DNA from: an uncultured Actinomyces sp.
GTDB lineage: Bacteria > Actinomycetota > Actinomycetes > Actinomycetales > Actinomycetaceae
Direction: 5' to 3'
DNA length: 64,000 nucleotides
Assembly: GCA_963531605.1 (NCBI GenBank)
Contig: CAUSHZ010000003.1
Location: forward strand, 3,824 to 67,823
A program made the position numbers and the translations under genes. The notes below the pieces were generated by a model. The model had not been told where the DNA came from. It saw only the letters and a program-made list of their open reading frames with translations, and made no database searches. Positions 20,009 through 31,017 of this stretch are shown here, one piece after another (position 1 is the first letter of the stretch; the number at the start of each line of letters is the position of its first letter).

Positions 20009-20943
20009 GATGCATCCTCTCGGGTCCAGACCGACAAAACTGAGCGCGCACGGCGTGCGGCGTCGTCGCGCACATCCGGCGTTACTGCTCGCAGGTGTGG
20101 GGCGACGTCAATGAGGAGGCTCAGGCCCCACTGTTCGTTCCAGACGGGCAGCGTGATACGTGCTCCCCCGCCGTCCAGCTCGGCGACGATGCGACCGTCG
20201 TATTCGTCGGCGATCCACCGAGCATCGCGATCGACGTCGAGCGTCCAGGTGGGTGCATCATGGCGCACGCGGCGCGGCTCCTCGACGCGCGGCCCCTCGC
20301 CGCGCACGTCGCTGATCGACGCGACCGCGAAACTGCGCGCTTGCCCCGCGCGAGTGCACCAGCCGCGCAGGAGCCAGCCGCTTGCGCTCGCCTCAAGCGA
20401 CCACGGGTCGACGATGCGGCGCGTGCAAACCCCCGAAGCGGACACGTAGGTGAAAGACACTCGTTCTTCGCGCAGGAGGGCATCACGCAGAGTCTCAAGG
20501 CTCGCGCTCGACGAGGCCAGAGATGGAATCGCTTCCACGCGCTGTTCGGCGTCGGCCTCTTTCAGGCCACCGAGCGCGCAGACGACGAGGGCTGCGTGCG
20601 GAACATGAGCGGAAAGCTCCTTGCCGAGCAGCGGGGTCATCGCAGACAGGCCAATGAGAAGAGCCTGCGCCTCGAGCGCAGACAGACGCAGCGGTGCCGA
20701 GGCACCCAGCGTCGAGCGCAACGACACGCGCTGTTCTTGCTCGTAGAGCTCCCAATCGAGCTCGAAAGACGCGCCGGGCAGTGAATCTCCGACCGACGCG
20801 AGATACTCGATGTCACGACGCACCTGTCGGCGAGTGCGATGGAAATGCGCGGCGATCTCATCGACGGTCGCGCCGGGATGATCACTCATCCACGCCACCA
20901 TCGAAGCAAGCCGAACAACGGCCAGCTGAACGTTCTCAGGCAT
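20005..20943 (-). CDS. pafC: WYL-domain transcriptional regulator PafC
   Basis: N-terminal HTH, WLLRGWC WYL domain; tandem with pafB upstream of helY. Confidence 0.8.
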   Translation of the reverse strand: MPENVQLAVVRLASMVAWMSDHPGATVDEIAAHFHRTRRQVRRDIEYLASVGDSLPGASFELDWELYEQEQRVSLRSTLGASAPLRLSALEAQALLIGLSAMTPLLGKELSAHVPHAALVVCALGGLKEADAEQRVEAIPSLASSSASLETLRDALLREERVSFTYVSASGVCTRRIVDPWSLEASASGWLLRGWCTRAGQARSFAVASISDVRGEGPRVEEPRRVRHDAPTWTLDVDRDARWIADEYDGRIVAELDGGGARITLPVWNEQWGLSLLIDVAPHLRAVTPDVRDDAARRARSVLSVWTREDAS

Positions 20944-21868
20944 CGCGATCACCCCACGTGGCGGCCGCACGCAAGCGCGTCAGCATCGCATCTCGCAGGG
21001 GCTCGGGCGCGACGACAACCACGTCGGCAGCCAACGGAAGAAGGCGGCCGATCCACGTTCCCATCTCTGCGCCTTCGAGCGCGACACTCTCCCAGCCCTG
21101 CCGAGGCGAACCGTGCTCGTCAGACGATGCCCCGGCCTCGTAACCGTGCAGAAGCGTGCGCGCGGTGGAGTCGATGCGCACGTGGACGACGGGAGAGACG
21201 AACGACGACACGGGAGGAAACGTCGCGCCCTCGGGCGGGAGCGAGGCGTCTGACGGCTCTCCGATGAAGGAAATCTGCGAGCGTATCCGCGACACGCGGA
21301 ACGTGCGCTCGGCGTCGCGGTCCAAATCCCAGCCCCACAGGTACAGGGCACGGCCCTGCACCGATAGAGCCCACGGCTCGACGGAACGCTCAGTCAGTTC
21401 GCGTGAACCCGGGTATTCGAAACACACCACGCGTCGCTCGCGAATGGCCTGCGACAACACGGTGGCAGCGCCGAGGCCGGTGAGACCCAGGCGAATCGTG
21501 GGGGCGGAAACGTCGTCGGAGGAAGCTGCGGCTGCCTTCGCATCGATAGCGTCGGCGAAAAATTCGCTGCTATCCCACGCGCGCGCAGCCAGTGATATCA
21601 GAGCGCGGTCAGCACTGGTCACCTCGATGCCGGGCGCAAACGAATCCCACGCGATGCTGTAGCGTTCCCCCGAGCGAATCGTCATGTGGGCACCCGCATC
21701 ACGCAGTGCGTCCTTATCGCGCTGGAATTGCGTCTCAAACGCGTCGTCTGCAAGCCCCTGATATCCGGGAAGGGTACGCAATTGCGCCTTCGTGCGCCCC
21801 GGACGCGCGCCCAGGAGCTCAACAAAAAGCTCAAGGACGCGCACGTTAGCGTTGACGGCGGTACTCAC
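20936..21868 (-). CDS. pafB: WYL-domain transcriptional regulator PafB
   Basis: FQRDKDALRDAG, YLWGWDLDR..ERTFRVSRI. Confidence 0.85.
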   Translation of the reverse strand: MSTAVNANVRVLELFVELLGARPGRTKAQLRTLPGYQGLADDAFETQFQRDKDALRDAGAHMTIRSGERYSIAWDSFAPGIEVTSADRALISLAARAWDSSEFFADAIDAKAAAASSDDVSAPTIRLGLTGLGAATVLSQAIRERRVVCFEYPGSRELTERSVEPWALSVQGRALYLWGWDLDRDAERTFRVSRIRSQISFIGEPSDASLPPEGATFPPVSSFVSPVVHVRIDSTARTLLHGYEAGASSDEHGSPRQGWESVALEGAEMGTWIGRLLPLAADVVVVAPEPLRDAMLTRLRAAATWGDRDA

Positions 21869-21917
21869 TCGCCTACCCTACGCGAAACGCGCGCGTCCCG
21901 AGCACACGGCGCACCGT

Positions 21918-22967
21918 TTAGGACTGAGAAGACTCGGTATCAGCCGCATTCGCGTACTCGTTTGTCACGATGACGCTCGGATCGACATCCCCCTCAAGAA
22001 CACCAATCGAGCTCAGGAACGACACCATCGACGACCATGTGGCGAGATCCTGCACGCCGTCGGCGCGCGCGTCATCCCCGAGCCACAGCGGAACAGTCGC
22101 AGCGAGAACGGCGTTCGCTGCGGCCAGCGAGGTCTCGTCACTGAGCGACGTGTCCCACTTGGCCGTCGCGTCGATCGCAACCTGGGGATCGGCAGCGATC
22201 GTATTCATCGCCTCGGTGGTTGCAGATACGACCGCGCGCGCCGCATCCGGGTGGGCCTGTGCCCACTCGCGCGTCGTAATAATCGAGGCTGCCACCAGCG
22301 GAGTTGAGGCACCATCGAGTGGGATCTCCCGGATGTCGATGCCCGCCAGCCTCATCTGCACCGCGTCGTTGTTGGTAAAGCCAACGACTGCGTCCACCTG
22401 TCCAGCCGCAAGGGCTGCCTGCTGCGTGTAGCCGATCGACGAGATTGTCACGTCGGAGGTCTGTAGGCCGCCGGCCTTGATGGCGGCGAGAGCGGCGTAG
22501 TAGCTCGAACCGTACTCACCGGGAATGCCAATGTTCTTTCCAGCCAGGTCCGCGAGGCTCGTGATGGACGACGAGGCCGGAACGATGACGCTTCCCGGGT
22601 AGGTCGCGTAATACTGGCCGATAGACACGAGGTCCAGGCCCTGCGACGCTGCAACCGCGGCCTCGTCGCCCGAGGCAATGACCACGTCCTCCTGGCCGGC
22701 CAGAAGCGCCGTGAACAGGCCCTCGTCCGAGCCGTGATGGCGAACGGTAGGCGTGATACCGGCGTCGTTATACAGTCCCTGAGAATCAGCGACGTAGACG
22801 GGGGCAAACTGCACGTTCGGAATGTAGGTCAGGCCGATCGTCACGTCCGAGGCGCCCCGCAAGGACGCGCCCGACTGCGTAGCGCCCGGACCGACTGTGC
22901 AAGCGCCCAGAGCCAGCGAGGCGCTGGCACCGATAACGGTCGCGCGAACGATAGTGGAAAGCTTCAA
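21918..22967 (-). CDS. NMT1/THI5-like ABC substrate-binding lipoprotein, probable riboflavin binding (RibY-like)
   Basis: Lipobox LGAC, GLTYIPNVQFAP; downstream of the FMN riboswitch. Confidence 0.8.
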   Translation of the reverse strand: MKLSTIVRATVIGASASLALGACTVGPGATQSGASLRGASDVTIGLTYIPNVQFAPVYVADSQGLYNDAGITPTVRHHGSDEGLFTALLAGQEDVVIASGDEAAVAASQGLDLVSIGQYYATYPGSVIVPASSSITSLADLAGKNIGIPGEYGSSYYAALAAIKAGGLQTSDVTISSIGYTQQAALAAGQVDAVVGFTNNDAVQMRLAGIDIREIPLDGASTPLVAASIITTREWAQAHPDAARAVVSATTEAMNTIAADPQVAIDATAKWDTSLSDETSLAAANAVLAATVPLWLGDDARADGVQDLATWSSMVSFLSSIGVLEGDVDPSVIVTNEYANAADTESSQS

Positions 22968-22979
22968 GGGATGTCTCCT

Positions 22980-23753
22980 TCACTGCGTGATGGCGTAGCG
23001 CTTCGACCGCTCGATCCGGTACACGATGACGTACAGAATCGTCGCCATGACGCACAGGATCGCGATAACGACGAACATGCCGGCGGTGTCCACGTTGCTT
23101 CTCATTTGAGTGAGTACCTGCCCGAGCCCGGACCCTCCCATGACCATCTCCCCCACGACAGCGCCCGTGACAGACAGAGCGAACCCGTTACGCAGGCCGC
23201 CCAGAATGGCGGGAGCCGCGAGAGGTAGCTCCATGTGTGCGGCCATCGTCCAACCCGTTGCGCCGTCGAGTGCGGCAGCCTCGAGCAACTCGCGATCAAT
23301 ATGACGCAAGCCGACGACAGTGGACACAAGGATCGGGAAAAACACCATCAGCGCACACAGCACGATGACCGGTGTGATGCCGTATCCGACCCACAGGACG
23401 AGGATGGGGGCGATTGCGATGGCGGGCAACGCCTGGGTTGCCCCAAGGAAGGGTTCCACCGCCGCAGCCAACAGCCGCCAGCGGTAGATCGCATACGCTA
23501 ACGGCAGCGCAACGACCGTTCCGAGCGCGCAGCCCGCGATAGCCTCGCCTCCCGTCACCGCAATCTGGCGCCAGGTCGTGGGGCGCTGGAGCAGCGCCAC
23601 GCCTTTTCGGGCAACAGCAAGCGGATCGGGTAGACGCCAGGCTTCGATGCCGGTCAGCGTCGTCGTCAGCCACCATCCCGCCAACACAAGGGCGAGAAAG
23701 ATGATCGGCGCCGCGACGGTGAGCGCACCGCGGGGCTTGTTCCGAATTGCCAC
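22980..23753 (-). CDS. ABC transporter permease (SsuC/TauC type, RibX-like)
   Basis: EAAALDGA loop, GAVVGE; first gene under the FMN riboswitch. Confidence 0.85.
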   Translation of the reverse strand: MAIRNKPRGALTVAAPIIFLALVLAGWWLTTTLTGIEAWRLPDPLAVARKGVALLQRPTTWRQIAVTGGEAIAGCALGTVVALPLAYAIYRWRLLAAAVEPFLGATQALPAIAIAPILVLWVGYGITPVIVLCALMVFFPILVSTVVGLRHIDRELLEAAALDGATGWTMAAHMELPLAAPAILGGLRNGFALSVTGAVVGEMVMGGSGLGQVLTQMRSNVDTAGMFVVIAILCVMATILYVIVYRIERSKRYAITQ

Positions 23754-23809
23754 GACTTACTTTCCGACACCGGGGGTACGCGCAGCACAGCAGACGCACG
23801 GATGCGCCT

Positions 23810-23938
23810 CATGCACTCCTCCCATCCGGACTTTAACCGTCGGTTCCGGAATTTCACCGGCTCAACCACCCTCGTTCTGTGAGGGCGGGTCGCGGACTAT
23901 CACCGCCGGTTCGGACTTTCACCGACCCCGGAGTACTC
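23810..23938 (-). ncRNA. FMN riboswitch (RFN element)
   Basis: Minus strand CGGGGTCGGTGAAAGTCCGAACCGGCGGT...AGTCCGCGA...GAGCCGGTGAAATTCCGGAACCGACGGTTAAAGTCCGGATGGGAG matches the RFN consensus. Confidence 0.95.
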
Positions 23939-23990
23939 GTGTGCCATTGTGCCACCGACGTGCGCACCGCGCGAGGCGTATCCGCTGTGA

Positions 23991-24036
23991 AAGAAAAAAA
24001 GGCGGCCGGGCGGGACCTCGTCTCGTTCCGGCCGCC
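23991..24036 (-). terminator. Intrinsic terminator after rpe
   Basis: GGCGGCCGG...CCGGCCGCC stem followed on the minus strand by a T7 tract. Confidence 0.8.
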
Positions 24037-24051
24037 AGAAAAGTTGTGCGG

Positions 24052-24714
24052 TCAGTGTGAGTGGGCGTTCGCGAGCTCGCGCAGCGCCTCAACCTCACGA
24101 TGCGCGTCTTCCGCACGGAAGACCGCGGAACCGGCGACGAAGTTGTCAGCACCGGCCTCGGCTGCTCGCTCGATGGTGGCGCGGGAAATGCCGCCATCGA
24201 CCTGGATCGATACCTGCAGCCCCGCGGCGTTGATCGCGGCGCGAGTGCGCTCGATTTTCGGGATCATCTGCTCAATGAAAGACTGGCCGCCGAAACCGGG
24301 CTCGACCGTCATGATGAGGATCATGTCGAACTCGTTGAGGATGTCCACGAATGGCGCGATGTCTGTCGCGGGCTTCAGAGCCAGGCCGGCGCGCGCACCG
24401 ATGCGGTGCAGCTCGCGCGCCAGGCGCAGCGGCGCTGCTGCGGCCTCTGCGTGGAAGGTAACGGACTCACAACCGACCTCCGCGTACTGCGGAGCCCAAC
24501 GATCCGGGTCCTCGATCATGAGGTGCGCGTCGACCGGGAGAATACCGGACTTGACGACAGCCTCCGCGACGGGCAGACCCCACGAGAGGTTGGGGACGAA
24601 ATGGTTATCCATGACGTCGACGTGAGCGATGTCCGCTCCTGCGATCTTGGTGAGCTCACCGCGCAGGTCGGCGATGTCGCAGTTGAGAATCGACGGGCTA
24701 ATTGTGGCGTTCAT
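24052..24714 (-). CDS. rpe: Ribulose-phosphate 3-epimerase
   Basis: [26 protein letters not shown]. Confidence 0.97.
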   Translation of the reverse strand: MNATISPSILNCDIADLRGELTKIAGADIAHVDVMDNHFVPNLSWGLPVAEAVVKSGILPVDAHLMIEDPDRWAPQYAEVGCESVTFHAEAAAAPLRLARELHRIGARAGLALKPATDIAPFVDILNEFDMILIMTVEPGFGGQSFIEQMIPKIERTRAAINAAGLQVSIQVDGGISRATIERAAEAGADNFVAGSAVFRAEDAHREVEALRELANAHSH

Positions 24715-24724
24715 AACGCATATG

Positions 24725-26197
24725 CTAGCGCCTGCGCAGGCAGGCTACAAACATAAGATCCGTGCCGAAACGGTGGTCCCATAGCTGGAGCGTCCGACCG
24801 CCGAAGCCCGCAATGACGCCCGCAGATTCCGGCACGTCCAGCGCCTCAGGTGCGCACTCGTTTGCGAGAGCCACGGTGTCAAGCAGCTCGACCTCGCCAG
24901 CCTTCAGCAGACGCTCGACCTGTTCACGCGTCTCGGCCGCGTGCGGGGAACACGTGATGTAGGTGAGAACGCCGCCGGGGCGCGTCAGTGCGACCGCCCG
25001 ATCGAGCAGTTCGCGCTGGAGGACGGTGAGCTCCTCCACGTCCCCGGGCGTGCGGTTCCAGCGAGACTCGGGGCGTCGCCGCATCGACCCCATGCCCGAG
25101 CAGGGAGCGTCGACGATGACACGATCAAACGAACCGAGCGGCCACGCGCTCTGGCCGCCTCCAAAGGTACGACCGTCGCCGCTCACGACCTCGATGGAGT
25201 CGAACTGACGTGTCGTCCGCTCAACGAGGCGTGCGCGGTGCGGGTGCACCTCGTTGGCGGTGACGCGCGCTCCCCTGCCGGCAGCGAGGCCGGCGAGAAG
25301 CGCGGCCTTACCGCCGGGACCCGCACACAGGTCGAGCCAGCGCTCGTCTGAACCGCCCTCGAGCGGTGCAGATGCGGCGATGAGGGCGGCGAGCTGCGAG
25401 CCCTCATCCTGGGCACCGGAGCGGCCGTCACGAATTGAGGGAAGGCGCGCAGGGTCACCGGATTCGAGGAGCACTGCATACGGGGAGACAGCGCCCAAGG
25501 CGACGCGCGTGTCGAGAATGTCCTCGGCCTCGTCAGCGAGTTCGTCGACGCTCATCAAAGACGGCCGGGCCACCAGAGTGACCGTGGGAACCTCATTATC
25601 AGCCTCGAGAACATCGAGAAGCTCATCCGTGGGGTAACCGTGAGCCTTGAGGGCCTCACGGAACGCAGCGACCATCCACGCCGGGTGTGAGTAGCGCACG
25701 CCAAGAGCCTCATCCTCGTCCGCAATGGCATCCATGGCCGCCTCACGCTCCGAAGGATCCTCACGGGTGATCGAGCGAAGTACGGCGTTCACGAAACGGA
25801 CGGGGCCATCCGTCAGGTGCTCTCGGGCGACATCGACGGTGGCGGAAACAGCCGCATGGTCGGGCACGCGCATGTCGAGGAGCTGGTGGGCGCCCATGCG
25901 AAGGATGACAAGAGCGCGCGGATCGAGATCGGCAAGCGGGCGATCAATGTGGCGCGAGATGACCCAATCAAGGCGGCCAATCGCGCGCAGCGTGCCGTGG
26001 ACGAGCTCCGAGGTGAAGGCAGCATCCCGATCGGAGAAGTGACCGTCGCGCCGTGCCTGGCGCAAAGCCTTCGGCAAAATGATGTTCGCAAACGCGCCCT
26101 CAGTCGCGACTTCGTGGAGAACGTCGTATGCGATACGACGAGGTTCATCGGCCTTGCGCAGCTTGCGGTAACCGTCCGCGTAACGCCTCTCGCTCAT
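24725..26197 (-). CDS. rsmB: 16S rRNA m5C methyltransferase RsmB/Sun
   Basis: NusB-like N-domain, [24 protein letters not shown]. Confidence 0.92.
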   Translation of the reverse strand: MSERRYADGYRKLRKADEPRRIAYDVLHEVATEGAFANIILPKALRQARRDGHFSDRDAAFTSELVHGTLRAIGRLDWVISRHIDRPLADLDPRALVILRMGAHQLLDMRVPDHAAVSATVDVAREHLTDGPVRFVNAVLRSITREDPSEREAAMDAIADEDEALGVRYSHPAWMVAAFREALKAHGYPTDELLDVLEADNEVPTVTLVARPSLMSVDELADEAEDILDTRVALGAVSPYAVLLESGDPARLPSIRDGRSGAQDEGSQLAALIAASAPLEGGSDERWLDLCAGPGGKAALLAGLAAGRGARVTANEVHPHRARLVERTTRQFDSIEVVSGDGRTFGGGQSAWPLGSFDRVIVDAPCSGMGSMRRRPESRWNRTPGDVEELTVLQRELLDRAVALTRPGGVLTYITCSPHAAETREQVERLLKAGEVELLDTVALANECAPEALDVPESAGVIAGFGGRTLQLWDHRFGTDLMFVACLRRR

Positions 26198-27138
26198 CGC
26201 TCACCCTCCAGCTCTCCCCCAAGGCGTAGGTCTTCGGACGGCCGCGCCCCCCTCGCCCAGGCGGCCGCGTCCATCCAGGACTTGCCGGCCGGGGCGACCT
26301 TGCCGAGCACGAGAGCTCCGCTTGCGCACCCGACGGTCACCTGCTTCTTCGTCACCTCGAGCTGCCCGGGAGCCAGATCGTCACGGTCCACAGGCGTTGC
26401 CTTGTCAAGCTTCATGCGGGCCCCACCCGGCGCCACCGTGTAGGCACCGGGATTGGGCGTCACGGAACGAATGATGCGATCCTCGTGTGCGGCGTCATGC
26501 GTGAACGACACGTAGCCGTCGACGTGCTCGAGGCGGCGCGCGTGCGTCACGCCTTCCGCCGACTGCGCAGTCGCGGTTGCGCTGCCATCGGCAAGCGCAT
26601 CGACAACGCCGAGCACCTGATCCGCGCCGGCCTCAGCCATGGACGCGAGCAGCTCGCCAGCGCTCTCGCGAACAATCGGAACCTCGATGCGTGAGTAGAC
26701 GTCGCCCGTATCCAGGCCCTCCTCCAGGTGAAACACGCAGGAGGCAGTCGTCGCATCCCCTTCGCGAATCGCCCACTGGACCGGAGCAGCTCCACGCCAC
26801 CTCGGCAGATCCGAGAAATGCAGATTCACCCACCCGTGGGCGGGCATCGCCAGTACGTTCGGGGGCACGAGGCCGCCGTACGCGACGACGACACCGAGGT
26901 CCGCCTGTGCGTCCTCAATGCAGCGTGCGATCTCGGGAGTCTTCAGCGTCGTTGTCTCCAGCAGTTCCACGCCGGATTCGCTGGCAACTTCCGCCACCGG
27001 AGACGGGTACAACGTCTTCCCGCGGCCGCGCCGAGCCGGCGGGCGTGTGATGACGAGGGCGACCTCGTGGGACGACGACAGCAGGGTCCGCAGTGTAGGG
27101 ACTGCAGCCTCGGGGGTACCAGCAAAAATAATGCGCAC
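26194..27138 (-). CDS. fmt: Methionyl-tRNA formyltransferase
   Basis: FAGTP, NLHFSDLPRWRGAAP, LDTG. Confidence 0.96.
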   Translation of the reverse strand: MRIIFAGTPEAAVPTLRTLLSSSHEVALVITRPPARRGRGKTLYPSPVAEVASESGVELLETTTLKTPEIARCIEDAQADLGVVVAYGGLVPPNVLAMPAHGWVNLHFSDLPRWRGAAPVQWAIREGDATTASCVFHLEEGLDTGDVYSRIEVPIVRESAGELLASMAEAGADQVLGVVDALADGSATATAQSAEGVTHARRLEHVDGYVSFTHDAAHEDRIIRSVTPNPGAYTVAPGGARMKLDKATPVDRDDLAPGQLEVTKKQVTVGCASGALVLGKVAPAGKSWMDAAAWARGARPSEDLRLGGELEGER

Positions 27139-27172
27139 GGCCGCCAGTTTACGGCACCGCGCAGGCCCTGAC

Positions 27173-29155
27173 TCAGAAGAGCTCGGGTGGGTTCACGCTC
27201 ATTTTCACGAGCGGAACCTTGCGGGCACTGCGCGAGCGCCGAATATCGGTGAGAACCGCGAGCATCGACGCTGCCCCAGCCAACGGGGTTCGCACCAGCG
27301 TACGCACCTCGTTTTCTTCGCCCTCGCGCGTCGCCGGTCGTACGACGGTGCCGACCAGCTCAGCCCCTCCCTCACGAATGACCTGTTCGGCGACCTGACG
27401 GACCTGAGCCGCCGGCCCATCGAGCGCAACCATGGTCGTGGCCGGGAAAAAGCCCAGGGCCTCGCGCTCATCGAGAAGACGATCAGCGTAGTCAGTTGGG
27501 GCCCAGCGCACCAGCGCCTGCCCCAGGGCATCGGGAATCGTCCCGACAACGAGGCCGGGGTGGCCTGGGCGGACGAGCGACAGCGCGTTGAGCCACCGCC
27601 TGGCTGCTTCCTCCGGGGCCCACAGCTCCGTGCGGCCAGCAAGGGCATGGGCGTCGAGAATGATTACAGTGGCGTAGCCACCGTCCACGTCCGGCTCAGC
27701 TCCCGGCGTCGCAACGACAACAGTGGGACGCGCGGGAAGCTGACGGCTGATCCGATGAGCTGCCGACGACTCGAGGACCGACGCATCCGGGAGGTTGCGC
27801 GCGATCTCCTCGGCGGTGCGTGTAGAACCCACGCGAGCTGCGCGCAGCTCTGTGCCGGAGCAGTGCGGACACCGCCACGTCTGCGAGGTACGCGCACACC
27901 ACGAGCAGGTCACCTCCCCCCCACTGCCCACAGCGAGAGGCCCGGAGCAATGACGGCAGCGCGCACGTTCGCCGCAGCGCCGACAAACGACCGTCGGCCA
28001 ATACCCTGAGGCCGCGACCTGGATGAGCACAGGGCCTTCTCGAAGCCCCTGGCGGATCATACGCAACGCAGCCTGAGGAATGCGCATGTGGCCACTGGCT
28101 CCCTCACGTTCCGCTTCCGCCGCTCCATGCAGATGCACGCGAGGAGTCGCGTCGCGCAGCGCGTCGGGCACGGGATCAAGGCTCACAGCCCAGCCGGAAC
28201 GAACGAGCGCCTGTGCCTTGACCGAGCGCGCATATGAGGCGACGAGGAGTCCCGCTCCCTCCACCGCGCATCGCTGCACGGCGACATCAAGAACATCGCA
28301 GCGAGGAAAACGGCGCTCACGAAGGCGATCGTCCCCGTCATCGCAGATGACGATGAGGCCCAGCTTCGCGCACGGAACCCACGCTGCAGAGCGGGTCCCA
28401 ACCACAATCGGAAGACGCCCGAGTGTCGCAGCTACGTGGATACGGTAACGCTCCTCGGGACTCACGTCTGCGCCCGTGAGGGCGACAGGGACACCGAGGT
28501 CCTCCTCGAGGATACGTGCGTACCGCGCTGCGTCCTCTCCGGTCGCCGTCACAATGATGGCGCTGCGCCCCGATGAAACGGTGGCCGCGACGGCATCCGA
28601 CAAGCACGCGCGCATCCGGGGACGCAGCGCGGTGACGACTGCACGCGGAGACTGGCCGGCTGCAAGACGGTGAAGTAACGCTTCTCCAGCAGAATAAGCT
28701 ACCCAGCCCTCAGAAACAGTCGGAGCCGCAACGGATGGCCACGCCGACTTGTGTGCCTCGACAACGGTCTTTTCACCACGCGCGTGCCGCGGCGGAATCG
28801 CGAGCGACAGCACCTGGGAGGTCGTCGCGAGGAAACGCGCGGCAATGCGACGGGCAGTCTCGTACAGAGCGGGCGTCAGTACCGGGACCGACGACACGAC
28901 GGATTCTATCTGCGCGGCATCGTCAAGCACGTCGCGCCGTGTACGCTCAACGATCCAACCATCCGCGCGCGTGCCGGAAAACCGCACGCGAACTGCACGG
29001 CCGACCTGGGCCTCGTCAATGAGCTTGTCCGGCACAACGTAGTCGAGCGGCCGATCCATGTGGGGCAGATCGACGTCAACGAGCACACGAGCGATGTCCG
29101 CGGCCCGAGACCGCGGCGGATCGAAACCGTCAAGCATGCCCTGTTGGGAAGTCAT
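27173..29155 (-). CDS. priA: Primosomal protein N' (actinobacterial type, degenerate helicase motifs)
   Basis: DRPLDY 3'-binding domain, GTRSA, four CxxC motifs; position between metK and fmt. Confidence 0.88.
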   Translation of the reverse strand: MTSQQGMLDGFDPPRSRAADIARVLVDVDLPHMDRPLDYVVPDKLIDEAQVGRAVRVRFSGTRADGWIVERTRRDVLDDAAQIESVVSSVPVLTPALYETARRIAARFLATTSQVLSLAIPPRHARGEKTVVEAHKSAWPSVAAPTVSEGWVAYSAGEALLHRLAAGQSPRAVVTALRPRMRACLSDAVAATVSSGRSAIIVTATGEDAARYARILEEDLGVPVALTGADVSPEERYRIHVAATLGRLPIVVGTRSAAWVPCAKLGLIVICDDGDDRLRERRFPRCDVLDVAVQRCAVEGAGLLVASYARSVKAQALVRSGWAVSLDPVPDALRDATPRVHLHGAAEAEREGASGHMRIPQAALRMIRQGLREGPVLIQVAASGYWPTVVCRRCGERARCRHCSGPLAVGSGGEVTCSWCARTSQTWRCPHCSGTELRAARVGSTRTAEEIARNLPDASVLESSAAHRISRQLPARPTVVVATPGAEPDVDGGYATVIILDAHALAGRTELWAPEEAARRWLNALSLVRPGHPGLVVGTIPDALGQALVRWAPTDYADRLLDEREALGFFPATTMVALDGPAAQVRQVAEQVIREGGAELVGTVVRPATREGEENEVRTLVRTPLAGAASMLAVLTDIRRSRSARKVPLVKMSVNPPELF

Positions 29156-29197
29156 GATCCTAGTGAATCACGGCCCGCACACATCTGCGTCCCGCTC

Positions 29198-29833
29198 TCA
29201 GCCGAGAAGCTTCAGACCGTACTTCGCGACCACCATGGCGAGCACGCCAAAAACGATCAGGCCCCACAGTGCCCAGTCGAGGCCCTGTGCGACAAGACGA
29301 CGCAGCCCCTCGGGCACCGGGATGACGCCATCGCGAACATTGATGCGAGTGATTCCACCAAAAACGAGTGTTGTCGTCAGGGTGATGAGCAGGCACCACG
29401 GGCACAGCACCTGAATGATGAAATACGACTGCCCGAACAGCCAGAACGCAAAGAACAGCGCGATCGTGTACAGCAGGTTCGTGCCGAGCATGTACCAGCG
29501 CGGGAACTTCACGCCCGCGAAAATAGCGACGGAGATAGCGAGAACCACGGCCTCGAAAAAGATGCCGAGGAAAGCGTTAGGGAAGCCGAGGATACGCGCC
29601 TGCCACGTCTGCGCGACCGTCGAACACGATAGTACGGACGAAATGTCGCAGCCAAAACGCGCTGAAGAGTCAGCGGCCAGCTGCCACGCCTCGATCGAAA
29701 GAACAAACGACGTGAAGAGGCCGATGGAGCCGGAAATGATCATCTCCAGGCTCGTGCGCCGACGCCACGCGCGGCGAGCGGACTCGGTCTCGTACGAGGG
29801 CAGGTGATCCTCGGCTTCCAATACCTCACTCAT
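29198..29833 (-). CDS. Vitamin K epoxide reductase family protein
   Basis: CDISSVLSC loop cysteines, GFPNA, CPWC. Confidence 0.92.
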   Translation of the reverse strand: MSEVLEAEDHLPSYETESARRAWRRRTSLEMIISGSIGLFTSFVLSIEAWQLAADSSARFGCDISSVLSCSTVAQTWQARILGFPNAFLGIFFEAVVLAISVAIFAGVKFPRWYMLGTNLLYTIALFFAFWLFGQSYFIIQVLCPWCLLITLTTTLVFGGITRINVRDGVIPVPEGLRRLVAQGLDWALWGLIVFGVLAMVVAKYGLKLLG

Positions 29834-31017
29834 GCGAGCGCAGCCTTGAGCTGGTCGACGCGGTTGATCGCTTCCCACGGGAACTGCTCACGGCCGAAGT
29901 GGCCATACGCGGCGGTCTCGCGGTAGATCGGACGCAGCAGATCGAGGTCTTCGATCATGCCGAGGGGACGCAGGTCGAAGACCTCGCGAATGGCGTCCGC
30001 GATGCGATCATCGGGCACCGAAGCAGTCCCGAAGGTGTCGACGTACAGGCCGATCGGGCGAGCACGTCCAATGGCGTAGGCAAGCTGAATTTCGCAACGC
30101 TGGGCGATACCGGCGGCCACGACGTTCTTAGCCACCCAACGGGCAGCGTAGGTGGCGGAACGATCGACCTTCGACGGGTCCTTCCCGGAGAAGGCACCGC
30201 CGCCGTGACGGGCCATACCACCGTACGTGTCAACGATGATCTTGCGGCCGGTGAGGCCGGCGTCCGCGGCGGGGCCGCCCAGGACGAAGCGACCCGACGG
30301 GTTGATCAGAGTGGTCATGGATCCGGTTGCCAGCGCGAGACCGGACTCCTCGATGACAGGGGTGATGACGTTGTCGCGCACCGCGTCGGCGATCGCCGAC
30401 TGCGACAGCGCCTCGTCGTGCTGGGTGGACACGACGATCGTGTCGATACCCACCGGCCGACCGTCTTCGTACGCGAGGGTCACCTGAGTTTTGCCGTCAG
30501 GACGCAGCCCTTCAACGATGCCCTGCTTGCGCACGTCAGCCAGACGCTTTGCGAGGCGGTGTGCCAGCCAGATGGGGGCGGGCATGAGATCCGGGGTATC
30601 CGAAGAAGCGTAGCCAAACATGATGCCCTGGTCGCCGGCACCGAGACGGTCGCGCGGGTCACCGCCCTGGGTGCCGCGCACTTCAATGGCTTCATCAACG
30701 CCGCCGGCGATGTCGGGGCTCTGGCCGTCCAGCGACACGGAAACGCCGCAGGAGGCACCGTCGAAGCCAACGCGCGACGAGTCGTAGCCGATCGACAGGA
30801 TCTCGCGACGCACAATCTCCGGAATCTCAACGTACGCCTCGGTCGTCACCTCACCGGCGATGTGGATGAGGCCGGTGGCCGCCATCGTCTCGACGGCAAC
30901 GCGCGAGTGGGGGTCAGCGGCGAGCAGCGCGTCGAGGATCGCATCGGAGATACGGTCACAGACCTTGTCGGGGTGACCTTCGGTAACGGACTCAGAAGAA
31001 AAAAGCTGTTGACTCAC
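29830..31017 (-). CDS. metK: S-adenosylmethionine synthetase
   Basis: [26 protein letters not shown]. Confidence 0.98.
   Translation of the reverse strand: MSQQLFSSESVTEGHPDKVCDRISDAILDALLAADPHSRVAVETMAATGLIHIAGEVTTEAYVEIPEIVRREILSIGYDSSRVGFDGASCGVSVSLDGQSPDIAGGVDEAIEVRGTQGGDPRDRLGAGDQGIMFGYASSDTPDLMPAPIWLAHRLAKRLADVRKQGIVEGLRPDGKTQVTLAYEDGRPVGIDTIVVSTQHDEALSQSAIADAVRDNVITPVIEESGLALATGSMTTLINPSGRFVLGGPAADAGLTGRKIIVDTYGGMARHGGGAFSGKDPSKVDRSATYAARWVAKNVVAAGIAQRCEIQLAYAIGRARPIGLYVDTFGTASVPDDRIADAIREVFDLRPLGMIEDLDLLRPIYRETAAYGHFGREQFPWEAINRVDQLKAALA

Noticed and set aside
20005..21868. WYL proteins as a phage-defence island
   Set aside because: The tandem pair before helY matches housekeeping PafBC, and no defence effectors lie nearby.
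27173..29155. priA as a pseudogene because helicase motifs are eroded
   Set aside because: The ORF is intact with zinc fingers, and helicase-degenerate PriA is normal in actinobacteria.
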